This document shows, in pieces, positions 38,694 through 47,811 of a stretch of 64,000 nt of DNA. This DNA is from Candidatus Staskawiczbacteria bacterium RIFCSPHIGHO2_01_FULL_39_25 (GTDB lineage: Bacteria > Patescibacteriota > Minisyncoccia > Minisyncoccales > Staskawiczbacteraceae): positions 1,958-65,957 of the forward strand of contig MHOO01000011.1 of the NCBI GenBank assembly GCA_001820095.1, in the 5' to 3' direction. The notes beneath the pieces are model-generated. The model did no database searches. It worked only from the letters and a program-made list of their open reading frames with translations, and was not told where the DNA came from. The translations under genes were made by a program, and so were the position numbers. How positions within the stretch are numbered: position 1 is the stretch's first letter; the number at the start of each line of letters is the position of its first letter.

Positions 38694-38721
38694 TTGACAA
38701 CTATATCCCATAATGTATAAT
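38694..38721 (+). promoter_or_regulatory. consensus sigma70 promoter (TTGACA-16-TATAAT) with 5'-UTR hairpin and GGGGGA RBS
   Basis: Perfect -35 and -10 hexamers; hairpin cattgagagcatgttgttctcaatg at 38735-38760. Confidence 0.55.
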
Positions 38722-38797
38722 AAAACTAGCATTGAGAGCATGTTGTTCTCAATGATCTGACCTTTGTCAATTTAATCTTCAGAAGGGGGAAATTACC

Positions 38798-39544
38798 ATG
38801 AACGCACAGCTTCGTACTGAGGCCATTACGCCTCTTCCCGGATCGTTAAATGCGAAAACAAGCGGCAAGACCTTGCCCCTTGCCGAGCTGGCAACTAATA
38901 AGAATGGCAGCCAGCCTATGAAAAATACCAAAGTGGGTGCAATCCTTCAGGATTATCCGCAAACTAAAGTTACGGTTCTCAAAACCATTGCTTGGATGGA
39001 ATTGGCCTTTATCGTTGTTTTGGCGGCGCTCTGCTATTTCATTGCTACCAGCAAGAACAGTGTTGCAGGCACAACAAGCATGCTTGTTCCCAAAAACGAA
39101 GCAAGTAGCAAAAATACGATTGCTGCCAACAACGACAAGACACCAGAAAAGCTTCCCGGAGATTTTTCGTCCCGAGGGCTTGAAATAACTGGCAAGTGGT
39201 CTACCGATGGCACAGACGGATACTATATTACAATAAAAGGGAAGATCAAAACGGACAAAGAACGCTACGTTCTATTTTACCAGTCGCAGAACAAATCAGC
39301 TGGATCAGAGCCGCCTAAGAAAGTAGCTCGCGGAGAACTAACAAAAATAGACCTGATTACTGGCGAATGCGACACCATAAAAGAAAGGGTTCTTTACTTC
39401 ACTCGTCCTGCAACATTCCAGTTGATAGATTACCACACTGAAGAGCTAGTTTGCCAAAAAACGATATCTGGCGCAGCTCCACCCGTTGCGCAAAAAACAA
39501 GCACCAGCTCACTGGCCCCCAAACTAAAATCCAAAAAAAAGTAA
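38798..39544 (+). CDS. hypothetical single-TM protein with extracytoplasmic domain; higher local GC
   Basis: 248 aa; TM at about residues 60-85; no motif. Confidence 0.45.
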   Translation: MNAQLRTEAITPLPGSLNAKTSGKTLPLAELATNKNGSQPMKNTKVGAILQDYPQTKVTVLKTIAWMELAFIVVLAALCYFIATSKNSVAGTTSMLVPKNEASSKNTIAANNDKTPEKLPGDFSSRGLEITGKWSTDGTDGYYITIKGKIKTDKERYVLFYQSQNKSAGSEPPKKVARGELTKIDLITGECDTIKERVLYFTRPATFQLIDYHTEELVCQKTISGAAPPVAQKTSTSSLAPKLKSKKK

Positions 39545-39644
39545 CCGGCTATATGCTGGGAACCCATCCAAAGGCATTGAGAGAACCTCAACGCCTTTTT
39601 TATTTATAAAATAAGGTGATATAATAAATCTGTATTAAAAGCAT

Positions 39645-41186
39645 ATGCCAAGTAAAGTTTTTTCAGCCGCCATTGCGGGATTAGATGCCAAGCTTGTAGA
39701 GGTAGAAATTGATGTTTCCCACGGATTGCGTTCTTTTTCTATTGTAGGGTTGCCGGACAAAGCCGTAGAAGAATCTAAAGAACGGATTGAAGCCGCCATC
39801 AAAAGCTCTAAGTTATCATCTCCCCATAGCCGGACTCTTAGAACTTTAGTTAACCTAGCCCCTGCTGATTTAAAAAAAGAGGGCTCCCTCTATGATCTGC
39901 CAATAGCATTGGCTTTTTTAGTGGCATCAAAGCAAACTAATTTTATTACAAAAGATAAAATATTTTTAGGAGAATTATCGTTAGATGGAAACTTAAGGCC
40001 GATTAAAGGAGCCCTATCGTTTGCTTTGCTTGCTAAAAAGCAGGGTTTAAAAGAAATAATTCTGCCAAAACAAAATGCCAAGGAGGCGGCCTTAGTAAAA
40101 GACATAAGCGTTATTGGCGTAGAATCTTTAGCCCAAACTCTGGCCCATTTAGAAAATAGGAAACCAATTCCGGCCTTTTTGCCGCAAGACGAACATTCCG
40201 TCCCAAGCCCAGAAAATTCCGTGGACATTGGTTGGGTAAAGGGCCAAGAATATGCCAAGCGGGCACTGGAAATTACGGCAGCCGGAGCGCATAACCTGTT
40301 TTTCTTTGGCCCGCCGGGCGGAGGAAAAAGCTTGCTGGCAAAATCGCTGCCTTCCATACTGCCTAAATTGACGTTTGCGGAAGCTTTAGAAGTTACCAAA
40401 ATTTATAGCATTGCGGGATTATTGCCAGAACATCAAACCCTTATAAATTTCAGGCCTTTCAGATCTCCCCACCACGTATCTTCTGACGTAGCCCTCATAG
40501 GCGGAGGGAACCCTCCCAGGCCCGGAGAAATAACCTTGGCCCACCGAGGAGTATTATTTCTAGACGAGTTTCCCGAATTCCACCGAGATGTGCTGGAATC
40601 TCTGCGCCAACCCATTGAAGATGGGAAGATTACCGTTTCCCGGGCAAAACATACGTTCACTTTTCCCAGCCGGTTTATGCTGGTTGGCGCCAGCAATCCG
40701 TGCCCCTGCGGATATTTAAATAGCCCAGATAGGCCCTGCTCTTGCTCTCCTTCGCAAATTTCTATGTACAAAAGAAAGCTCTCAGGGCCCCTCATGGATA
40801 GAATGGACATTTTTATTGAAGTGCCGGCGGTAAAATATGAAAAACTTGCTTCACAGTCTTTGGAAAACAACCAGAGTAAATTGGTAAAAGAGCGGATAGA
40901 AAAAGCTAGGGAAATCCAAAAGGAACGGTTTAAGAACGACCTGCCTCTGCAGGCAGGGAACATATTAGTAAACGCGGAAATGAATTTCCCGGAAATTAAA
41001 AAGTATTGCCAGCATGACGGACAGTCCCAGAATCTTTTAAAAAAGTATGTTGACTCCGGCAAATTATCTGCGCGAGGATATCATAGAATCCTAAAGGTTG
41101 CCAGGACCATTGCAGATTTGCAAGGGAGCGAGAACATACAGCATGACCATATCGCAGAATCTTTAATGTACCGATTGAAAGATTAA
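39645..41186 (+). CDS. comM: Mg-chelatase-like AAA+ ATPase YifB/ComM
   Basis: Lon-like N-terminal domain, Walker A GPPGGGKS, Walker B LFLDEF, C-terminal domain. Confidence 0.9.
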   Translation: MPSKVFSAAIAGLDAKLVEVEIDVSHGLRSFSIVGLPDKAVEESKERIEAAIKSSKLSSPHSRTLRTLVNLAPADLKKEGSLYDLPIALAFLVASKQTNFITKDKIFLGELSLDGNLRPIKGALSFALLAKKQGLKEIILPKQNAKEAALVKDISVIGVESLAQTLAHLENRKPIPAFLPQDEHSVPSPENSVDIGWVKGQEYAKRALEITAAGAHNLFFFGPPGGGKSLLAKSLPSILPKLTFAEALEVTKIYSIAGLLPEHQTLINFRPFRSPHHVSSDVALIGGGNPPRPGEITLAHRGVLFLDEFPEFHRDVLESLRQPIEDGKITVSRAKHTFTFPSRFMLVGASNPCPCGYLNSPDRPCSCSPSQISMYKRKLSGPLMDRMDIFIEVPAVKYEKLASQSLENNQSKLVKERIEKAREIQKERFKNDLPLQAGNILVNAEMNFPEIKKYCQHDGQSQNLLKKYVDSGKLSARGYHRILKVARTIADLQGSENIQHDHIAESLMYRLKD

Positions 41187-41194
41187 GCAACTCC

Positions 41195-41235
41195 CTTGCA
41201 AACAAAATGTGTTAGGCTTAGCCTAACACATTTTT
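41195..41235. terminator. bidirectional hairpin terminator containing TTAGGCTTAGCCTAA palindrome
   Basis: aaaatgtgttaggcttagcctaacacattttt; the same palindrome core recurs at about 59933-59952. Confidence 0.6.
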
Positions 41236-41258
41236 ATGTTAATTTTTTAACTTTAAGA

Positions 41259-42431
41259 TCATTTATATTTAAGCAATGATCCTATTAAATATTTAGCTAA
41301 GGGGTTTTTAGCTCCCATGACCTGAAAATGCACATGGCATCCTGTTGCCTTTCCGGTTCTTCCCATTAAGCCAATCCTATCGCCTACATTAACCTGATCG
41401 CCGGGTTTTACAAATAACGTGGTAAGGTGTCCGTAATAAGTGACTATCCCCCCAGAATGCAATACGGTAATATGGTTTCCCATCCCCAGGTTCCATTTTC
41501 CATTAGACGCTGTTCTCTGCACCGTTCCCGCGGCCGCAGCATAAATAGGGGTTCCGCACTTATTAGCCACGTCTACGCCGTTATAATAGTGAAGCCCTTG
41601 GCTAATTTGTCCTTCGGCAGGGAAAATAAAGAAACTATCAGCCAACGGAGTGATTCCAATTCCAATAGAGGGAATTAGCTTTTGCGGCATAAAGCCCCCC
41701 GGAACAATTAATATATCCCCAATAAAAATATCCCCTTCGCCACTAAGGCCGTTAAGGGCAACAATGTCCTCGGTTTTTGATTTATATATTTTGCCTAAAT
41801 CACTTATGGTATCGCCGGATTTTACAATATGGAGCAACCCCGAAACTGGCAAGATAACCAGCTTTTGGCCCGTCTTAAGAGTTGAATTTTTAGAAAGGCT
41901 ATTTGCCCAGAGAAGCGTATTCACCGAGACATTAAAGCTTTGGGCAATAGATTCTATGGTATCTCCCGGTTGAACTATGTAATCGGTTACATCTTTTCTC
42001 TCTTGGACCTGTTCAGACCCCCCCATAATAGCTCCCAGGGTTTGCGTAGTCAGCACCCGCGGCGTTGAAATACCATAAACAAAATTATCCTCAATGATCT
42101 TTAAATCAGGGGTTTCACGCACCATGATATTGCTTTGGTCAAAAAAGAGATCGCCAGCATCTGAATTTTCGTTCTCAAAAAAGGAATTAAAAGAGAGCAC
42201 CTCGCCTTCTTTAAAATAGCTTAATCTAGCCAAACTATCTGAACCGGAAAACAATAGGCCTAACAATACCAAAGAAAAAAACCCAAAATAAAAAAGAGGG
42301 TTTTTAAATCTTTTTGAACAAAGAAAGCTGCCTATATTTTTTACCCGGTTAAATAAAATCCTTTGGATTTTAACCCCGCTTTTAGCGGGATTATTTAACT
42401 GGGTGAATTTTTCGTTAAAAAAGGTAAACAA
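41259..42431 (-). CDS. LysM-domain M23-family peptidoglycan metalloendopeptidase
   Basis: Two LysM (YIVQPGDTIESIAQSF; HIVKSGDTISDLGKIY); M23 motifs HYYNGVD and GCHVHFQV. Confidence 0.9.
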   Translation of the reverse strand: MFTFFNEKFTQLNNPAKSGVKIQRILFNRVKNIGSFLCSKRFKNPLFYFGFFSLVLLGLLFSGSDSLARLSYFKEGEVLSFNSFFENENSDAGDLFFDQSNIMVRETPDLKIIEDNFVYGISTPRVLTTQTLGAIMGGSEQVQERKDVTDYIVQPGDTIESIAQSFNVSVNTLLWANSLSKNSTLKTGQKLVILPVSGLLHIVKSGDTISDLGKIYKSKTEDIVALNGLSGEGDIFIGDILIVPGGFMPQKLIPSIGIGITPLADSFFIFPAEGQISQGLHYYNGVDVANKCGTPIYAAAAGTVQRTASNGKWNLGMGNHITVLHSGGIVTYYGHLTTLFVKPGDQVNVGDRIGLMGRTGKATGCHVHFQVMGAKNPLAKYLIGSLLKYK

Positions 42432-42574
42432 TAGGTAATGTTTAGATTAACTAAGTATTAAATCAATTTTATCCCCTTTAAGCCCCTCTGTCAAGACTTA
42501 TCCACAATGCCAAGAGTAGTGATTTTTGTCCATAATATACGTAATTTAACTAATTTTTAATTCAAATTATCGCA

Positions 42575-42583
42575 TGGTATAAT
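42575..42583 (+). promoter_or_regulatory. extended -10 element (TGGTATAAT) upstream of ksgA
   Basis: TGnTATAAT 15 nt before the ATG. Confidence 0.4.
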
Positions 42584-42597
42584 AGGTCAAATATCAA

Positions 42598-43512
42598 ATG
42601 AATTTACTCTCAATCGCTACCATAAAAAACCTGCTGACTGAATTTGGAACTAAGCCCTCAAAAGGGATGGGCCAGAATTTTTTGATAGATGAAAAAACGC
42701 TTAATAACATTATAGAAGCCGCCCAGCTTACCGAAGAAGACACGGTATTGGAAATAGGACCCGGGCTGGGAACTCTTACCAAAGCATTGGCAGAAAAAGC
42801 CAAAAAAGTCATTGCCATAGAAAAAGACGCTGTTTTTATTGAAATTCTTAAAAAAACCCTTAGTAATTTTATGAATGTTGATATAATTAATGGCAACATT
42901 CTTAAAATGAATTTTCAATTATCAATTATCAATTTTCAATCAAATTCCAATATTCAATTGCCAAAAAATTATAAATTGGTTGCTAACCTGCCTTATTATA
43001 TTACCTCTCCGGTCATAAGAAAGTTTTTAGAGATGGAAAATTCTCCAACGTCCATGGTATTTATGATACAAAAAGAAGTGGCTCAAAGAATTTGCGCCAA
43101 GCCGCCAAACATGAGCCTGCTAGCAGTCTCCGTACAGTATTATGCTAAACCCGAAATTATATCATACGTCTCAAAAAAATGCTTTTGGCCTTCTCCAAAC
43201 GTTGACTCTGCCATTATTAAGATTGTGCCGCGGAATTACGCAGAAATTAACCCTGCAAAATCGCCTGAAAGCGATAGCGGAGCAAGCGCGAAACCGCCCC
43301 AAAAAAAAGATATAGATTTGTTTTTTAAGGTGGCAAAAGCGGGGTTTTCCCATCCTAGAAAACAACTATTAAATAACTTATCTGTAAGCCTGAAAATGAA
43401 TAAAGAAAAAATAAATTTATGGCTTTTAACCAACAATATACGGCCATCACAGAGGGCAGAAACACTGACGATAGAAAATTGGACTAGCCTTGCAAATAGC
43501 TTCCCGGTGTGA
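42598..43512 (+). CDS. ksgA: 16S rRNA (adenine1518/1519-N6)-dimethyltransferase RsmA/KsgA with two in-frame low-complexity insertions
   Basis: GQNFL, SAM motif VLEIGPGLGTLT, NLPYYITSP; insertion MNFQLSIINFQSNSNIQ is a TTTTCAATT repeat copy (42905-42960); second insert NPAKSPESDSGASAKPPQKK. Confidence 0.9.
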   Translation: MNLLSIATIKNLLTEFGTKPSKGMGQNFLIDEKTLNNIIEAAQLTEEDTVLEIGPGLGTLTKALAEKAKKVIAIEKDAVFIEILKKTLSNFMNVDIINGNILKMNFQLSIINFQSNSNIQLPKNYKLVANLPYYITSPVIRKFLEMENSPTSMVFMIQKEVAQRICAKPPNMSLLAVSVQYYAKPEIISYVSKKCFWPSPNVDSAIIKIVPRNYAEINPAKSPESDSGASAKPPQKKDIDLFFKVAKAGFSHPRKQLLNNLSVSLKMNKEKINLWLLTNNIRPSQRAETLTIENWTSLANSFPV

Positions 43513-43564
43513 ATAAATCTGGGTGTATTGCTTTCTATAATTATGCTAAAATGAAGAAATATTT

Positions 43565-45931
43565 ATGCGTGATTTTTTCTCATCTATTCTGAAACAAAAA
43601 AAGATACTGTTTTTTATCTTGCTCTTTTTTGTTATCTCGGGAATTTTTTTGCCAAAAACAACATTTGCAATAGAATGGGTGGATAAAATAATAGATTCAA
43701 TAAGATATGCTCCCGAGAGAGTAGCAGCATTCATTGTAATATCATTTATTGCATTGCCAGCTATAACAGCAACATGGATTTTCAGAATGCTTGCTAACAT
43801 GGCGTATGCAACATTTAACTATGTGTTAAGTGAAATGATCCAAGATCCTGGAGATCAATGGGCAATAACTCGTAATCCTGTCTTTCTTGGCAGTTGGAAT
43901 ATTATAAAAAGCTATGCCAACATGTTTATTGTGCTGGGGCTTATTACCATTGCATTAGCCACTATTTTAAAATTTCGTGAAGATTATGGGGCAAAAAAGT
44001 TACTGCCGACACTTATAGGGGTTGCTCTCTTAGTTAATTTTTCCACGGTATTTGTTGGAATCATGATTGATGCATCAAACTTGGTAATGAAACACCTTGT
44101 GGTGGGAGGAGAACAGCAAGGTACTATTATTTCTTCCCTAAATATAGCTCACAACAATATTGTAGATCCATTATATAACCAAGCAATAGCTTCGGCGAGC
44201 GAAGCAAAAGATTGGTATGCCCCAATAGGCATAGGCTTAACCTATATAAGTGCAGAATATATTTTTGCAGCAATATATTTAGCCGTAGCGGTAATATTGT
44301 TTCTAATAACCTTAGTATTTATAGAAAGATATATTATGCTGGCAATTTTATTTATCTTTTCTCCACTAGCTTTTGTAGCTTTTATTTTTCCGGCCACAAA
44401 AAAGTTTTTTAGCAATTGGCTCCATCGTTTCCTTACTGCTTGTTTTTCCGGAGTAATTGCTGCTTTCTTTCTTAAGTTATCAGTAGGCATTCTAACTGTA
44501 TTTTCAACATCTGGTTCTAATATTTTTACCACATTTCAGGGAGAATCAGTTCTAGATACTATGCCGAAAATATGGATGCATCTTCTAATTGTTCAGGGAT
44601 TTTTATTTGCCGGATATAAATCGGCAAAGAAATCAAGTATTGTAGCGACCACAGTGATAGACACTGCAAAAGCTGTTGCTGGCGTAGTGATTGGAGCAAC
44701 TGCCGCAGTTGCCACTGGCGGCGCCTCGGCAGCCTTAAGGGCTACTGGAATTCCTGGAGCTGCACAAAGGGCTAAAGAGGGAATGAGTTATTATGGAACA
44801 AAATTAGCAGAAAGATTTGAGCCTCTTACTGGGGTTAGAAAAGGTACAGCTGATAGAATGAGACAACAAATGTTGCAAAAGCAAGTATCTACATCTGAAT
44901 CTGAAGAAAAAATGTCTGCCATGAGTTCTGAAGAAAGAGTTAAGTTAGCCTCTAAATTTAGAGATAATCGGTTGCTTTCTATAACTCCAGTTGATCCAAC
45001 TAAAATACAAGAAACAGTGGGACTTACAAAAGCTCTATTGAAGAATAAGGAGTTCGGTAATCTTGATAACGCACAACAAAGGCAACTTATTGAATTTATC
45101 AAAAGCAATGCTCCCAGCACAATCTCTATGAAGGAGTTTTCAAAGGTAAATGCTGACTATGGAGCCTACGATACGGATGCAGTTAATCAAGAAAAGAGAA
45201 AACTTATTGGCAAAACTAATCCTCGAACAGGTAACGCATATCTTGAGCATGACATGAATAATCCAAATGCAGCTCAATTTAAAGACATGCAAACTGATGC
45301 TGAAAATACCGTAATCAGAGATGCTTATGCTAAAATGGATGATAGTGAATTTAAGAAAATGAGCAATCAAGATATAGCAACCGAAGCAAAACAAGAAACC
45401 GCAAGAGGCAAACTAGCATTAGAAGAAGCTATAAAAAGAAATATACTTGGCATGGTTGGCAGCTTCGCAGAAACTGCCACACTAATTCAGGGTTCAGAAA
45501 AATATGGTTCAAAGGCCATGTATGAAGCTAAGAAAATTGACCCCAAATATGCTGAATATGATACAAAGGGAATACATGAACAACTTACTAAAAATGGCGT
45601 ACCAAATCCAACAATGGTTCCAACAACATCGCCTGACTTTATTAGAGCCCAACAAGAAGTTAAGTCAAACGCATATAAAAAGCTCACCGCTGGTTCTATT
45701 AGAAAAGACCTCTCTGATGATGCATTTGACTTGGAATTAGTGAAAAATGTCAGCGCTAAAAAGATAAGTGAAGCTAATAAGCAAGAGGGGCTCTCAACTA
45801 AGAAAATTGAAAAACTTAAAGCTTTAGAAGCAGATATCCAAGCAAAAGTATTGAATGCTTATGCAACTGGAAATAACGATGAAGCAGATCAATGGGCAGC
45901 TAAATTAAAAGCGATTAGAGCATTGTCTTAA
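43565..45931 (+). CDS. VirB6/TrbL-like polytopic membrane protein with about 450-aa Lys/Glu/Ala-rich C-terminal domain
   Basis: Signal peptide plus 7-8 TM in first 380 aa; first gene of the cluster containing PrgI-like and VirB4; assignment by topology and context only. Confidence 0.4.
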   Translation: MRDFFSSILKQKKILFFILLFFVISGIFLPKTTFAIEWVDKIIDSIRYAPERVAAFIVISFIALPAITATWIFRMLANMAYATFNYVLSEMIQDPGDQWAITRNPVFLGSWNIIKSYANMFIVLGLITIALATILKFREDYGAKKLLPTLIGVALLVNFSTVFVGIMIDASNLVMKHLVVGGEQQGTIISSLNIAHNNIVDPLYNQAIASASEAKDWYAPIGIGLTYISAEYIFAAIYLAVAVILFLITLVFIERYIMLAILFIFSPLAFVAFIFPATKKFFSNWLHRFLTACFSGVIAAFFLKLSVGILTVFSTSGSNIFTTFQGESVLDTMPKIWMHLLIVQGFLFAGYKSAKKSSIVATTVIDTAKAVAGVVIGATAAVATGGASAALRATGIPGAAQRAKEGMSYYGTKLAERFEPLTGVRKGTADRMRQQMLQKQVSTSESEEKMSAMSSEERVKLASKFRDNRLLSITPVDPTKIQETVGLTKALLKNKEFGNLDNAQQRQLIEFIKSNAPSTISMKEFSKVNADYGAYDTDAVNQEKRKLIGKTNPRTGNAYLEHDMNNPNAAQFKDMQTDAENTVIRDAYAKMDDSEFKKMSNQDIATEAKQETARGKLALEEAIKRNILGMVGSFAETATLIQGSEKYGSKAMYEAKKIDPKYAEYDTKGIHEQLTKNGVPNPTMVPTTSPDFIRAQQEVKSNAYKKLTAGSIRKDLSDDAFDLELVKNVSAKKISEANKQEGLSTKKIEKLKALEADIQAKVLNAYATGNNDEADQWAAKLKAIRALS

Positions 45932-45943
45932 ATTTGGTTAATT

Positions 45944-46447
45944 ATGGAAAAAATTAATAATCAACGAATAGTCTTTAACCTACCAGAAGATACCACAATA
46001 GTTGAAGTTATTGATGAAATTTTGAAAAATAATGGACTTGAGGAAAATAATAAAGAATTCATTAATAAATTAAAACAAGAGAAAGAGCCTAAATTTAGCG
46101 TAGCCAAAGACGCAGCGATAACCCTTGCACAAAAAAAGATCCCTGAAAAAAAGTTAATTGAACTACTGGCAAAACATCTCGAAACTTCTAAAGAAAATGC
46201 TGAAAAAATAGTGCGAGACATTAAGCAAAAACTTATTCCTTATGCTAAAAAAGTACCCACAGAAGAACCACTGAAAAAGAAAGAAATCATTCAGGCCGAA
46301 TCCCAAAAATCTCCCTTGCCTTATAGCAAAAAAATAGAAACCGCTAATGTAGAAGAAAACGCGGAAAAACTACAGAAGGCAAGAACGGTAATTCAGCAGA
46401 AAGAAGAAAGTAAGGGACCGGATTCGTACCGAGAAACTCTTGATTAG
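45944..46447 (+). CDS. hypothetical protein
   Basis: 167 aa, Lys/Glu-rich; no motif. Confidence 0.4.
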   Translation: MEKINNQRIVFNLPEDTTIVEVIDEILKNNGLEENNKEFINKLKQEKEPKFSVAKDAAITLAQKKIPEKKLIELLAKHLETSKENAEKIVRDIKQKLIPYAKKVPTEEPLKKKEIIQAESQKSPLPYSKKIETANVEENAEKLQKARTVIQQKEESKGPDSYRETLD

Positions 46448-46920
46448 GGTTTAGCGTCTAGGGGTTAGGGTATAGACAAAACTAATTAAACGCTAGACTC
46501 CAACACCTAAACCCTAATTCATTATGTATTTAGAATCCTATAAAAAACTCATAGTTTGGCAAAAATCTATTGAATTAGTAAAAAAAGTTTATATTTTAAC
46601 AAGCAACTTTCCACAGAGCGAACTTTATGGAATAACTTCACAAATGAGAAGAGCAGCAATATCTATTCCTTCAAATATAGCCGAGGGATACTCAAGAAAA
46701 AATTTAAAAGAATATTTACAATTTTTAAGAATTTCTTATGGTTCATCAACAGAGTTAGAGACCCAATTAATAATAGCAAAAGATTTATATAAGAACATAC
46801 ACTATAAACCTACCGAGGAACTACTAGAAGAAGTATTAAAAATGTTGAATGTAATGATTAATAAATTAGAAAACAAAAATTAACTAACTAAACGCTATAC
46901 CCTATACGCTAAACCCTAAC
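46444..46920. repeat. inverted-repeat-flanked cassette carrying a four-helix-bundle gene (IR arms about 46444-46522 and 46881-46920)
   Basis: Left ttagggtttagcgtctaggggttagggtatag vs right ctataccctatacgctaaaccctaa (reverse complement). Confidence 0.65.
46524..46883 (+). CDS. four-helix-bundle protein (23S rRNA intervening-sequence protein / Avd-like family)
   Basis: ISIPSNIAEGYSRKNLKEYLQFLRISYGSSTELETQLIIAKDL is the family signature. Confidence 0.8.
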   Translation: MYLESYKKLIVWQKSIELVKKVYILTSNFPQSELYGITSQMRRAAISIPSNIAEGYSRKNLKEYLQFLRISYGSSTELETQLIIAKDLYKNIHYKPTEELLEEVLKMLNVMINKLENKN

Positions 46921-46923
46921 AAT

Positions 46924-47328
46924 ATGTCACAATATCCCATTCCACAATTTATTGAAGAAGAAGGAAAAATTATCTTTTTCCTAACATTCCGGCAATTTTT
47001 TCTGCTTGCAGGAGGAGGAGCTGTTTGCCTTATTATATATTTTCTAGCCCCTTATTCCCTCTTTTTGGGCGCCGCGGCCCTTATTATGATAACGGTTATC
47101 GTCATAGCCTTTGTGAAGGTTCAGAACGCATCCATAGTAACTGTTGTGCTTAATATGCTTGGATTTATGGTAGGTAAAAAAAACTACACCTGGAGTAAAA
47201 GGGGAACAAATGCACGGCCCGAAACAGAAAGAAAGCAAGAATTTAAAAAACCCGTTGAAGTTCCGGCCCCAAAACTACAGCCCAGCAAACTAAGAGCAGC
47301 GCAGAAGATGATAGAGGTGAGGAAGTAA
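46924..47328 (+). CDS. PrgI/VirB3-like small T4SS membrane protein
   Basis: IPQFIEEEGKIIFFLTFRQFFLLAGGGAVCLIIYFL N-terminal pattern with two TM; immediately upstream of VirB4. Confidence 0.5.
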   Translation: MSQYPIPQFIEEEGKIIFFLTFRQFFLLAGGGAVCLIIYFLAPYSLFLGAAALIMITVIVIAFVKVQNASIVTVVLNMLGFMVGKKNYTWSKRGTNARPETERKQEFKKPVEVPAPKLQPSKLRAAQKMIEVRK

Positions 47329-47377
47329 TTATCCTAATTAACCTAATTATTCTAATTGTTCTAATCAAACCCTAATG
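47329..47377. repeat. ATTAG-type repeat arm (rc orientation) ending in ccctaATGtcc, which supplies the start of ORF 47375
   Basis: ttatcctaattaacctaattattctaattgttctaatcaaaccctaatg. Confidence 0.8.
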
Positions 47378-47770
47378 TCCAATGAAAAAAATACAAAATA
47401 CGATTTAGAAGAAAGAACTGCTAAATTCGGAGAAGATATTATAAATTTTGCAAAAATCATTCCAGTAAATCCAGTTACTCAAAGAATTATTCCTCAATTA
47501 GTAGCATCCGGAACTTCTATGGGCTCAAATTACTGTGAAGCAGACGATGCAGAATCTGGCAAAGACTTTAAGCATAAAATAGGAATTTGCAAAAAAGAGG
47601 GCAGAGAAACAAAATACTGGCTAAGGATGATAGCTGCTGCAGTGCCAGCATTAAGAGAAGAAGCACGAGTTTTTTGGCAGGAAGCTAAAGAATTACACTT
47701 AATCTTTAATGCTATTTATCGTAAAGTTAACAAAAAGCCTTTAGAAATTAAAAAATTAAGTATTGATTAG
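47375..47770 (+). CDS. four-helix-bundle protein, second paralog (TIGR02436-like)
   Basis: SGTSMGSNYCEADDAESGKDFKHKIGICKKEGRETKYWLRM matches the 4HB/IVS family pattern; flanked on both sides by ATTAG repeat arms. Confidence 0.65.
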   Translation: MSNEKNTKYDLEERTAKFGEDIINFAKIIPVNPVTQRIIPQLVASGTSMGSNYCEADDAESGKDFKHKIGICKKEGRETKYWLRMIAAAVPALREEARVFWQEAKELHLIFNAIYRKVNKKPLEIKKLSID

Positions 47771-47811
47771 GTAAATTAGATTAATTAGTATAATTAGAAT
47801 AATTTCAAAAC
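47765..47811. repeat. ATTAG-type repeat arm (forward orientation) ending aataatttcaaaacATG, which supplies the start of ORF 47812
   Basis: attaggtaaattagattaattagtataattagaataatttcaaaac; same terminal 27 nt precede ORF 48788. Confidence 0.8.
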
